A stretch of 37,692 nt of DNA from Dimorphilus gyrociliatus (lineage: Eukaryota > Animalia > Annelida): the NCBI GenBank assembly GCA_904063045.1, contig CAJFCJ010000184.1, forward strand, positions 10,212-47,903, in the 5' to 3' direction. Every line of letters begins with the position of its first letter. The first letter of the stretch is position 1. Made by a program: the position numbers and the translations under genes. The notes beneath the pieces were generated by a model. That model did no database searches, was not told the DNA's origin, and saw nothing but the letters and a program-made list of their open reading frames with translations. This document shows positions 1-10,604 of the stretch, one piece after another.

Positions 1-1392
1 TTATAGAGTTTATGTTTCACGCAATATTGCTCAAGTACATCTATAATTGGAGTTTTTATGAACCATTCAAAAAGTATGAAAATTATTTTATTAGTGATGA
101 TGCTATTTTAGTGAAAACAGAGCCATAACGGATTTAAACACCGACCCCATCTATATTATGATGTGCTATTAAATTTCTATCAATTTTACATTTATTACAT
201 AATGATTTTTTTTAAAATATTAATTCAGTCAACCAAGAAAAAAAAGTACTCGGATCAATCATTTTTCTTGGAATTGTAATCTAGTTATTGATATTAAAGG
301 GAATATAGTCCAGCTCTAAGAGCCTAAAAGCAAATTTTATCAAATTTTTTTTCTGTTTATTCAAATTACCAAGCGGCAAGTTGCTATACATCATGATTAG
401 TATTTAGATGTAGTATATCTATAAAAATATGAAAACTTTAAAATACTATATTTTACAACATACAATGAAATATCAGACAGCTGAGTGTTAATTATAAAAA
501 ATATAACAATTATAACTCAGTTACATGAATTACCATTATTATTAAACAAGGTACAATAAAGGAATAATATCAGAATAGTGATGCTTTATTGCTACAATAG
601 AACATAAGATGCGAAATATATTCTTTTATTCAAGATTTTAATAGAAGAAACTATATAATAATAAATAGTCTCTTAAAAATATATTATAAATAGATAGAGC
701 AAAAAACGACTTATATGAACTCTTAGATTTAAATTGAGACAATTACAAAATAAGCCAGGATAAACCAAAAATTATACACAAAAAAAGTGAATATATAACA
801 CCATAAATAGAAATATGAATACTGTAAATACTTACGGATATTTTTCCTTTTATAACATGTTAAATTTTAATTCAGTAAATTAAAGACTAAATAAAACACT
901 CATTCTGTCATCAAGTAATGATTATAAAGATTAATTTTACGATACCAATAAAATTTTTTCTATTATTCCTTAGGAAATTTGAAACACATGAATTTTTTCA
1001 AAAATCAAAAAGAATCTACATTAAGTTGATGAATGGTAGATAGAATAATTCTGGTATTCTTAAAAATGACTATAATATGTCTTCTATTATACTTACTCTT
1101 TGAATAAATTAATGTGAATATAATTTTATAGATAACACGTTCATTGAATATATAGTTTTGGTAATATAAATTTGGTTCTTAATACAAAATTATTATGATT
1201 TTATATTAAATAAGGAGGATTGAAGGGGCTCATTATTAATGGAACATTTCGTAAAACTAACAAGTATCCTAAATCCGACTTTTCAATACCTTTAAACTGT
1301 TTTTAAATAACAAAGTAAAAAAAATGTAGAGCTAAATTGTAAAATATTCTATAATTATTTAAATAACTTTTAAAACAAATCATACCCCCTTT

Positions 1393-1995
1393 ATGACAAT
1401 ATTATATACTCAGATACTAGAAACACCTAATTTAAACTATTTGAATAATGTTTATTCAAAACATGGAAGCTTCCTTACGCAAAGTTCAAAAATAACATCA
1501 AATTTAAGAACATTTGTCTCTACAAATAAATTTGATAATTCCAAACTTTATTCTCACAAATTTAAAGAATATTTGTATTATTTTATGAAAACAGAAAGTC
1601 ATTTAATCTGTTTTATTAGTGATGACTCTACTAATAAAAGCATTGCGGATGTTTTCATGAAAAAAATAATTGATAACATCCGAATGAATCCTCATTATGT
1701 CACAAATAACAAAGAATTAAAGAGTTTAATGGATAGTTTTAATGATTACTATAATGATGAGGAAATAAAAGTCGAAATAATGAAAGCTAGAAACGTTGCA
1801 GTAGAATCTCTTAATAAATTACAAGGAAGAGGCGAGGTTCTTGAAAATTTAACAAATATTGCTGACGAATGGAGTACAAAGATTAAAAGATTCAAAAAGG
1901 ATGTAGAAAAGACACAAAATGGAAACTATTTTGTTATGGGAGGTGTTCTTTTATTTGTAATTTTTGTTTTCTATTTAATTTACTTAAGATTTTAG
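1393..1995 (+). CDS. Longin-domain R-SNARE (VAMP7/Sec22-like synaptobrevin)
   Basis: 200 aa ORF with an N-terminal longin-like region, an R-SNARE motif (ESLNKLQGRGEVLENL) and a C-terminal transmembrane helix (FVMGGVLLFVIFVFYLIYL). A CCCCC motif precedes the ATG. Confidence 0.85.
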   Translation: MTILYTQILETPNLNYLNNVYSKHGSFLTQSSKITSNLRTFVSTNKFDNSKLYSHKFKEYLYYFMKTESHLICFISDDSTNKSIADVFMKKIIDNIRMNPHYVTNNKELKSLMDSFNDYYNDEEIKVEIMKARNVAVESLNKLQGRGEVLENLTNIADEWSTKIKRFKKDVEKTQNGNYFVMGGVLLFVIFVFYLIYLRF

Positions 1996-3301
1996 TAATT
2001 TAACTATCTTGACCATTTTTTATATTGACTGTTCATCTTAAATCTAAATTTATTAAATAAAAGGGATATAAGGGGAATCTTCTCTTAATTCGTATAATTT
2101 ATACTTAAAGAGCCTCAATTATAAATAAATCTAGTTCATAGATATTATGATAGTATTTATAAATTGCGATGGCTTCCTATTTTTCCTTATACCTATACAT
2201 TACAAAAGATTAATATTTTAAGATTATTCTAATTTTATTAAACCTTTTTTCTTTCATTTTTGTATCCATATAAATTCTACTAAGTATAAATACAGCTCCC
2301 CCTTATTAAAACACCATTAATTTTTGAAATAACACTTTGATTTCGTAAAAATTCATTGATGGCTGTGTATAAATTCTTGAATCTGTAAAGGAATGTCTGT
2401 AATTTATGCGATAATAATCAAATATAATATCATTGCCTATATTAGGACTTTTTATAACAGCCTTAAGTGTTTTTAACTTGTAGTGATGGTGCAAATTACA
2501 GTAACAAGTATAAAAATAACTAAGCCCTCCTTATCTTGTGATTTTTCTCATAAGTATACAGTTTCTGCCTTCTAAATTGAACATTATCACAAAAAATAGT
2601 ACTATTTAAATCATATAAACTGAATTACTGCTATTAAAAAAAGTAAAAATATCAACAAGATAAACTGATGCGCCATCTAAAATAAATAAAACTTCCAAAT
2701 TTTATCTTTCATCCTTAAAATCAGTTTATTAAGCTAATTACTGGAAATTAATGAAGATTAGTCCAGGATTTCTACTATTATACTCTGAATTCTGTGTTTT
2801 CATTCCTTGTTTTTGAATGAATCTGAGGGCCGAGCTTTTCCTATGACTTATAGTGAAAGTATATCTTTATTGATGCCTACATATAATAAGCTTGTTATCA
2901 CCTGTCTCGCTGTTTTGGTTAAAAAGTGATCTTATCAGTAAAATATCTCACAAATAATCTTATTTTCATCACATTTATATATTTTTCGTAATAAATATAA
3001 AGTCGAATAATACAACGTCCTTATAAAAATAACACAAAACTCTTAAAATGATAAATAATAATAATAAAATTTTTGAACTTTTTGTCAAATCTTGACGAAA
3101 GAGATATTCCTACCAAATGACCATAAAATAATTCGTGTTAAATTGATATAAAGTTTTTCAACTAATATTTTTAATTATCAACATTCTAAAATTTTTAAGA
3201 GTATTTTGTCTACGATTTTTGATTGACTGGTTTACTTTTAATCGTGATATTATAATTAGAAATGTAAATAACCAATAACTTTCACGGTGATGTAGTGAAA
3301 C

Positions 3302-3880
3302 TTAGGGATGGCGTCTTGTATGATTATTTTTAGCAAAACCTATATTAGGAATATATGTATCTCCTATAATTAGTTTTATATTATCGTTAATGCGAAAATT
3401 ATGTAACTCTGTATATATTCTAATAAAATTTTTGTATATTTCTCTTGGTTGCTGTAGAGTATTTATACGTTCAAAGTTGACATTTTTTTGTTTAGTTTCT
3501 CTAAACAACACAAAAGTTTAAAGGTTTTAGCATTGTGGATTGTATTTTTATGCTGATATCGTATATCATCATTTAACTTAGTCCATTATCTGTTCCTTCC
3601 AATCCCTTTCTTAACATCGGGCTTTAAAGTTCTATTTAATCTCTTTATTAGTCCCCGAGATCGAGGACTCCTTGATTTTCCTGTTATATGGGATGCAATA
3701 AGTCTACTACATAACTCATTTATACTATTCTTAAAAAATTCATTGTTATTATTAGTATTTAGTATGACCCATGACCCTTCAATTCCATATACAGTGTGAA
3801 AAAAGGGATCTCCCATTTTTTTGTTGAATCATAAATAGCTTGGTTGTTTTATTTTGGATAACTATATATCAAATCTTTTA
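3302..3880 (-). pseudogene. Degenerate rve-type integrase remnant (Ginger/GIN-like or LTR-derived)
   Basis: ORF 3586..3816 reads ILNTNNNNEFFKNSINELC..HITGKSRSPRSRGLIKRLNRTLK, a decayed TDNGxEF...PQSQGxxERxNRTLK core. Downstream fragments (NTIHNAKTFKL; GDTYI..FAKNNHTRRHP) resemble integrase C-terminal regions. Catalytic residues are eroded. Confidence 0.6.
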
Positions 3881-4019
3881 TAACTCAATATTAACCCTTT
3901 TCTATATGTTTAATTTTCCTATTGATTTTTTTTCTAATTATCTTAATAAAGGACGTCTTTAAGACTGTAAAGATAGTGTTCGCTATCATTTATTTCAAAA
4001 TATGTCTTCTCTTTACTCT

Positions 4020-4660
4020 ATAAAGTAAAAAACAAACTATTTTTTTAAAAAAGCCAGTTTCTGACATGTTTCTACTGATGTTTTATTCCAATTATCTTTT
4101 ATAGCAACTTTTAATTTTTTTCTTATTTTAAATATTTTATTTCGGCCTTAATTATTGCTCACAAGTTTTCTATAGAGGTACAATCAGGAGATTGAGCAAG
4201 TTAGCTTTCAACTTTGATATCACACTCTTTATAAAATTTCTTTGCTAGCTTACATGTATGCTTGGGATCGTATCTTGTACAAAAATAAAATCGACTAATT
4301 AGATTTTATAGACTCGGTTAACAAACAAGCGCCTAGCATGTTGCAATAATACGGTGCATTTATTTTTATGTCGATAAATTTCAGTTCTCCAACACCATGA
4401 TATGAAAAACAGCCCCAAACCATCACAGAACCACCTCAAAATTTTATAGTCTTCTTGATATTTTGAATATCAAGTTTAGAAAACTTTGTACGCCATACTT
4501 TTAGACTTCTATCGGAAAATATAATAGTTTTTAGCGTGCGTTATGGTATTTACACCCACCTCATATTTGCATTGTATATCTAGCTTCAATATGCCTTGGT
4601 TGTAAGAGGAACTTAAAACATGGTGTAAAGGCTTTGATGTCCATTTTATTCAAGTAATTT
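4020..4660 (-). pseudogene. Old Tc1-family transposase remnant
   Basis: Minus-strand fragments IKAFTPCFKFLLQPRHIEARY, GGSVMVWGCFSYHGVGELKFID, DPKHTCKLA, AQSPDCTSIENL and WNKTSVETCQKL are colinear with the transposase at 5296..6156 and broken by stops and frameshifts. Confidence 0.85.
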
Positions 4661-4737
4661 TTTACAGGTGCATGTAAAATGTTGGTATTACATGCTATTT
4701 GTATTTTTTCTGCTATCTTTTTGTTGATAAAAAACAG

Positions 4738-5088
4738 GGTAAAATTTCTTTCAAGCCCCCCTTAAAATTGAATTATGTTACCCCCCCTAATGTCAATAAC
4801 AAAGTTGCAATTGCAAGAAAAAATGATTGGTTCGAACACTTTTCTTTCTTGGTTGTCTTAATTAAATATTTTGAAAAAAAAATCATTCTGTAAAAATGTA
4901 AAATTGATAGAAATTTAGTAGCACATCATAATATAAATGGTTTGATTTGAATGTGTAAATCAAATAAATGTGTTAAGAGTAAGGTTTCAATTCGTGATAG
5001 CTCTGTTTTCACTAAAATAAAAGCATCATTAAAAAAAATAATTTTTATAATCTTTGAATGGTCCATAAAAACTCCAATAATGGATATA
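4738..5088 (+). mobile_element. Merlin (IS1595/ISXO2-like) 5' fragment, interrupted by the Tc1 insertion
   Basis: Begins GGTAAAA, with an ATG at 4790 after a CCCCCCC run. Broken translation MSITKLQLQEKMIGSNTFLSWL..LKKKSFCKKCKIDRNLVAHHNINGLI*MCKSNKC..VSIRDSSVFTKIKASLKKIIFIIFEWSIKTP aligns to the N-terminus of the Merlin ORF at 7144..7425. It ends at the Tc1 TA site. Confidence 0.75.
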
Positions 5089-5295
5089 CAGTCTGTAAAA
5101 AAAAATGATACACCCCAATTTTTGTCATAAAAATACAAAAAATAGGATCATACAAGATTTATAATGGTATATTTAGAATGTACTTATAAAATTAAACCTT
5201 ATTTTTCAATTATTTTTTTTTGTTATTTGTTTTTTTAACGGTTAACCATAAAAAATAAATTTTGATTGTAAAAAAAAAAATGATACACCTATAAT

Positions 5296-6311
5296 TTATT
5301 TATCAATATGCTTTCCCTTGGCTTTATATAATAAATAGGCTCGTTTTTTAAACGATTTTGAGAGTTTTTGACATTGCTCTATCGTTATTTCGTTCCATAT
5401 CCTTCTAATTTCATCTTTTAGATCATTTTTTGATCGAAAGGTTTTATCACTGATTTTACCTTTTATATAGCCCCATAAGTTTTCAATTGGATTGCAATCT
5501 GGTGATTGTGCTGGCCATGACAATAATTTTACATTGTTAGTGTGAAAAAACTCCTTTGCTAGCTTGCTAGTATGCTTAGGATCGTTATCTTGCATGAAAA
5601 TGTAATCTGAAATGCCCATTTTATCGATCGAACTAAACAGGGAGCCTGACAACATATTACAATAATATGCAGCATCCATTCTTTGATCAATAAACACAAG
5701 TTCTCCCACCCCATAATAGGAAAAACAGCCCCACACCATTACTGAGCCTCCACCAAACTTCAACGTCTGATTGATATTCTCTGATTTTAACCTCTCATCA
5801 GGCTTTCTCCATACTTTAACCTTTCCATCGTGATTATAAAGGTTAAATTTGCTTTCATCGGAAAAAATTATCTTCTTACAGTCCTTTTCCTTCATCATAA
5901 TCCAGTCTCGAGCATGGCTAAATCTAGAAATAATGTGATGAGGCCTCAAAAGGGGCTTTTTTGTGGGACTATAGGCATGTATATTATATAAATTTAAATA
6001 TTTCTTTATACACGAGTGACTTATGGTGATAGCCAATTTATTTTGTATAGATTCAGCTTTTTTCCGTAAAGATAATTTTCCATTTTTAGAATTTTCTGAT
6101 AACAAAGTCTCCTCAAGATCATTATTCAGTTTGCTCGGTCTACCATTCTCCTTCATATGATCTATACACCCATTTTGTTATACTTTCCAATTACTTTCTG
6201 AGCTGTAGAGACAGGAATTTGTAATTTTTTAGCAATTTGTCTTATACTAAATCCACTACTCCGTAAGCCAATCACTTTTGCTTTAAGCTCTAATATATAA
6301 TGTTTACCCAT
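5296..6311 (-). CDS. Tc1 DD34E transposase with one frameshift near 6170
   Basis: Motifs IIFSDESKF, MQDNDPKH and SPDCNPIENLW, with 34 residues counted between D and E. The N-terminal HTH (MGKHYILELKAKVIGLRSSGFSIRQIAKKLQIP) starts at 6311 in a different frame from ORF 5296..6156. Confidence 0.9.
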
Positions 6312-6551
6312 AATGGGGGTAGTTTCTCAGGTTCTTATATACCTTTTTGGAGGGAAAATGAGGTGTATCATTTTTTTTTTACAATCAAAATTTATTTTTT
6401 ATGATTAACCGTTAAAAAAACAAATACCAAAAAAAAATAATCAAAAAATAAGGTTTAATTTTGTAAGCCCATTATAAATATATCATTATCAATCTTTTAT
6501 GATACTATTTTTTGTATTTTTATGACAAAAATAGGGGTATATCAATTTTTT

Positions 6552-7538
6552 GGTAAAAAGGATTTTTGGGGTACAGCTATATTTGCTTCTTAAAAAAAAT
6601 AAACATATTTTTAGATTTAAAACGTTTTTTTATTAATTTTCATCCGAGCCAAAATTTTTAAAAAAGGATTTTCCGTTTTTAGAAATAGATAATCTTTGAT
6701 ATAGGATTTTATATTTGGTTTTATGTTGCTCCCTCTTGTTTTTAAATAGTATTTGAGCCATTTCCATTGATTTTCTATATTCTGAGTGTGTTTTTCTTTG
6801 TTTTTAGGGTCTACAAATACATCCTTGTGTTAATAGTAAAGTGACCATATTCAAGTAACTTCACTCTATTATAGCCTTTCCACTCGTCAGTTATAATAAC
6901 GGAATATTCTTCTACATTCTTTATTATTATTTTAGATAGTGTTTCTTCATCTCTTTTTGTGACAGGCTCAAAGAAACACTCTTTTGTAGCTCTAAAGAAA
7001 AACCACCTACTACCCATATCTACTCTATTAGTCTTCCTTTGTTATTTTCCCTTTTACTAACGGAACTCTCATCAATTTCAACGATTCTACTGCCGCCGCT
7101 ATTTTCTTTTCTGAAAAGTCATTATATCGTCTGCGAATGATTTTTAAATACTATTATATAATGTTTTAGTGATATTATATTTATTATAAATTTGAATTGG
7201 CGACGTTTTTATACTCCATTCGTATATTATAAAAATAATGTTTTTTATCGACGATTTAATATTGTCGAAATAAGACATCTTACATATTGAAACTCTTATA
7301 TTATTACATTTTCTCGTTTCACATAGCCAAATGAAACCATATATATTATGATGTGGTACCAAAACCATCGCTTTTTTACAGCTTTTACACAAAAATTTTT
7401 TCTTCAATAAACCCAAGTCCATCATCCATGATAAAAATCTCTCGGATCAAATGAAATAGTAAATAATTCCAATCTCGAAACCACTATTGGGGTCAAATTT
7501 TAAGCAAATATAGCTGTACCCCAAAAATCCTTTTTACC
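6552..7538 (-). mobile_element. Degenerate Merlin transposon nested in the right TIR of the Tc1
   Basis: 37 bp TIRs GGTAAAAAGGATTTTTGGGGTACAGCTATATTTGCTT (6552-6588 and 7502-7538) and an 8 bp TSD AATTTTTT/CATTTTTT with one mismatch. Broken ORFs carry the zinc-finger region (CKSC..CETRKC), IVEIDES and VIITDEWKGY. Confidence 0.9.
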
Positions 7539-8025
7539 CATTTTTTTCTACAGGCTGTAAATACAAGATCTGTGAATAGAAACTCAAAATATACACTAAT
7601 AAGTAGCTTGATTGTAAAGGGGTAACCAACTAAGTATATATAAACGATATAGTAAATCATGATACTCGTTTTAATCCCTATTTACAAGAGCTACTATACA
7701 GCAAATCGAAGTTACTGGGATTTAATGTAAAATCCTATCCGACATCATCCAAAATACTAAATAACGATAATATTAATTTGTTAGCTGTAAAATTTTTATA
7801 TAAAAAAATCTAGACATGAAGCTTATACTAAGCTATCATCCTAATGATTTATTAAAATGAACTATGCTTTTATTTTCGGATATAATCATTTTTTTTAAGG
7901 ACTGGAAGTCTTCTTTCTCAATTTCTCTATTTTTATAAAAACATTGTTTTTAATTGAAGCAGGTCATATTTTAAAGGCAATGGAAAAATAGTGTCCGAGA
8001 AGTCTAAATTTTAATCCAACAACAT

Positions 8026-8157
8026 TTAAAAAAAAGCATTCAGTTTAAAATCAAGTTACATAAAAAATTCATCAACTAACTATCAAAGAAAATTTTCAGC
8101 AAACATCAACTAAAGCATCTGGGATATATCCCACCTTACCTTTCCAGGTATTGATTT
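8026..8157 (-). mobile_element. Solitary, severely 5'-truncated LINE 3' tail
   Basis: Diverged copy of the 11789-11915 tail (CATCAACTAACTATCAAAGAAAA..CAGCAAACATCAACTAAAGCATCTGGGATATATCCCACCTTACCTTTCCAGG). Confidence 0.85.
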
Positions 8158-8332
8158 TCATTATAACTTCTAGCTTTAATAATTAAAATCGATGAATGTT
8201 ATGACTACAAAAAATAATTATCCCCTTTATTTTTATCTTTATTATCATTCATCTGTTCTTGAAATAGGAATGGCTGTATGTTGTTAAAGTAAAATATTCC
8301 AGATAGTTTATCATCCTCTTTTATCATATTTA

Positions 8333-10378
8333 TTAAATTTTTGTCCATAGTTTTTGTAGAGACGTATATTTTCTCAAATTTATCATACTTTTCGTATAAA
8401 TTATATCCATATGGTTTAAAAACGTATTGTCGATTATAATACGTTCAATACCTTTGATTTTACTGATTGCAAATAGCCTACCAGAACCGATTCCACAAGA
8501 GCTCAAATTTAAAGTTTTAAGGTTTTTTAGTTTAGAAAAATTATGCATATCCATGTCGTGTAATTTATTATTATATCCTAAATTCAGAATCTCTAGACTA
8601 GTAGCACTATCTATTTTAGACACTGATTCCCTATCTAGATTGCAATTCTGTAAAGAAAGACTTTTTAACTTTGGAAGTTTGATTATATGATTTACTATTT
8701 TTGTAAAATGTTCGTTATTTAGACCCACATTAGATATAAATACACAACTGAGGGGTCTAAGCGAAGTGATATTGTTTAACCCATTCTTAATAATACAGTT
8801 ATTTATTCCAACACTTTTGAGCTTATGAAGTTTTGTAATGACATATAAATCCGTTATAATAGTATTACTTATACAATCTAGATATAAAACTTCTATTTCT
8901 TTTAACTCTATAATGTCCCTAATACTATTTCCTTCTACACTAAATCTAGAAATATATAAGTTCTTTAGATTTGGAATCTGTGCTATTAGTTTTAAATCAA
9001 GCTGAGTTAGAGACTTATACAAGGTTAAACTTAAGGACATTAGTGTTTTGGGAATATTTGTAAAAAAATCGTTGTGATTTAGCGAACAAATGATAAAACG
9101 TAAATCTTCAATATTCTTTAACGTTTTTAAATCATCTTGCATAAGAATATTGTAAGATATATTATTAGATTCAAGATTTATACTTTTTAGGTTTAATAGA
9201 GAAACCGTTTTCAAAAAAGGAAGTAATCTTAATAAATTGGTATCTTGAAGGTCCAAAGTTCTGAGAGCAACGAGATATTTTAGGGAGTTGTTATTGTTAG
9301 GTTTATAAAGTCTATCTAAGTAAGGAATATGACACCCTCTCAAGCTCAAATTTTCAAGTTTTTTTAGCTTTCTTACCCCCATAATATTTTCCTCTGTAAA
9401 ACAAAAATTGTAGCTTAAATCTATTGTTACTAAATTCTCAAGCACATAAATATTATCTAAAGCATCAGATTCTGGTAAACTACACTTACTAAGACGCAAA
9501 ATTCTTAACATTTTTAAATTAAGAATCGAATACAAAACTTCAGTAGTAATAGCATTATTCCCGCTCAGGTCTAAATTCACAAGTTTTGTTAAACTAAAAC
9601 AAACCTCCAATAAGAACCCACCAGAATTTATTTCACAATCACGCAAACTGAGACTCTCAAGTTTATCATCTCCTAAAATACTTTCTATTAAAGTATTCTT
9701 TATATCTGCATTTTCATTTAAATTTATCGTTTTAACACTTTTTAAATATAGTAGTACTCCACTCAAGAAGTAAGTAGAAAGGCGACAGTGTGATAGATTT
9801 ATATTTTCCAGCATTTCCAACTTTACAATATCATACAAATCTGCTTGATTTATATTATAATTATGTGATAAATTAAGCACCTTCAAGCTTTTTAGCTTGT
9901 GAATTCCTATTAAACTTCCAGGTTTGAGCTGACAACTAGAAAGATTGAGTGAAATTAAGTTATATAATTGAAATATATTTATCATATCTTTTTTTTCTAA
10001 CTCTGTATTTTTCGAAATTGATAAACCACAGATATTAGATTTTCTCTTTATATTCGATAAAAAGTTCGCTTCTAAAGAAGAGTTGTTTAAAAAAACTATT
10101 CTTATATTCTTTAAGTCGAAAATAGACGTTAAACCATTTTTTGTTAAATTATGTGTATGCAAATGGCAGCTTGTATTATAATAAGATATAAAGTAGTAAA
10201 TACTGCAAATTTTGACAAAACTAAGATTATTAAAAAAACATAAGGGATAAAAACTAGATATTTTTGTTATCCATATATGGAATATTAGAAACGAAATGGC
10301 AGTTATTTCTAACCAACGAGATATAATAACAGGGCAAGTAGAAGTAGGATCCAAAGAGGATTTAATGAATAAAAGCAT
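8333..10378 (-). CDS. Leucine-rich repeat protein; 5' end abuts a retroelement tail
   Basis: 681 aa ORF with more than 20 LxxLxLxxN/C repeats of ~24-25 aa. The annotated ATG (10376-10378) lies inside the retroelement tail sequence, so the true start is uncertain. Confidence 0.85.
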   Translation of the reverse strand: MLLFIKSSLDPTSTCPVIISRWLEITAISFLIFHIWITKISSFYPLCFFNNLSFVKICSIYYFISYYNTSCHLHTHNLTKNGLTSIFDLKNIRIVFLNNSSLEANFLSNIKRKSNICGLSISKNTELEKKDMINIFQLYNLISLNLSSCQLKPGSLIGIHKLKSLKVLNLSHNYNINQADLYDIVKLEMLENINLSHCRLSTYFLSGVLLYLKSVKTINLNENADIKNTLIESILGDDKLESLSLRDCEINSGGFLLEVCFSLTKLVNLDLSGNNAITTEVLYSILNLKMLRILRLSKCSLPESDALDNIYVLENLVTIDLSYNFCFTEENIMGVRKLKKLENLSLRGCHIPYLDRLYKPNNNNSLKYLVALRTLDLQDTNLLRLLPFLKTVSLLNLKSINLESNNISYNILMQDDLKTLKNIEDLRFIICSLNHNDFFTNIPKTLMSLSLTLYKSLTQLDLKLIAQIPNLKNLYISRFSVEGNSIRDIIELKEIEVLYLDCISNTIITDLYVITKLHKLKSVGINNCIIKNGLNNITSLRPLSCVFISNVGLNNEHFTKIVNHIIKLPKLKSLSLQNCNLDRESVSKIDSATSLEILNLGYNNKLHDMDMHNFSKLKNLKTLNLSSCGIGSGRLFAISKIKGIERIIIDNTFLNHMDIIYTKSMINLRKYTSLQKLWTKI

Positions 10379-10485
10379 TTAATTAAACATCAACTTACAT
10401 AAAAAACTCATCAACTAACTATCAAAGAAAAATTTTCAGCAAACATCAACTAAAGCATCTGGGGATATATCCCCACCTTACCTTT
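10368..10485 (-). mobile_element. 5'-truncated LINE tail (type A)
   Basis: Near-identical to 11790-11907, including the GGGGATATATCCCC palindrome and ACCTTACCTTT. Confidence 0.9.
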
Positions 10486-10496
10486 TTAAAATTTTT

Positions 10497-10572
10497 TAAA
10501 ATAAAAGCATTTAATAAACCACATAACCTACATAAAAAACTCCCCACTACTGCTAAGAAAAAGTTTCAGCTA
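10497..10572 (-). mobile_element. 5'-truncated retroelement tail (type B)
   Basis: AATAAAAGCATTTAATAAACCACATAACCTACATAAAAAACTCCCCACTACTG matches the tail variant at 16388-16455. Confidence 0.8.
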
Positions 10573-10604
10573 CACTTAAAAATTTTTTTAAAATATTTTT
10601 TTTT

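Larger units (their letters stand above)
5089..7557 (-). mobile_element. Tc1-family DNA transposon with ~200 bp IR/DR-type TIRs and TA target duplication
   Basis: Left end TA|CAGTCTGTAAAAAAAAATGATACACCCC and right end TACAGGCTG|TA. Inverted repeats at ~5089-5290 and ~6361-6551 plus 7539-7557. The motif AAAAAAATGATACACC occurs twice in the left TIR. Confidence 0.9.

Noticed and set aside
2306-2494. 62 aa ORF and similar short AT-rich ORFs (26252, 27417, 30965, 32606, 32973, 34373, 35896, 36241)
   Set aside because: They have non-ATG starts or lie antisense to real genes, and show no recognisable motifs.
7600-8330. Possible further LRR pseudogene fragments on the minus strand
   Set aside because: Only two or three short LxL-like stretches among many stops; too weak to call.
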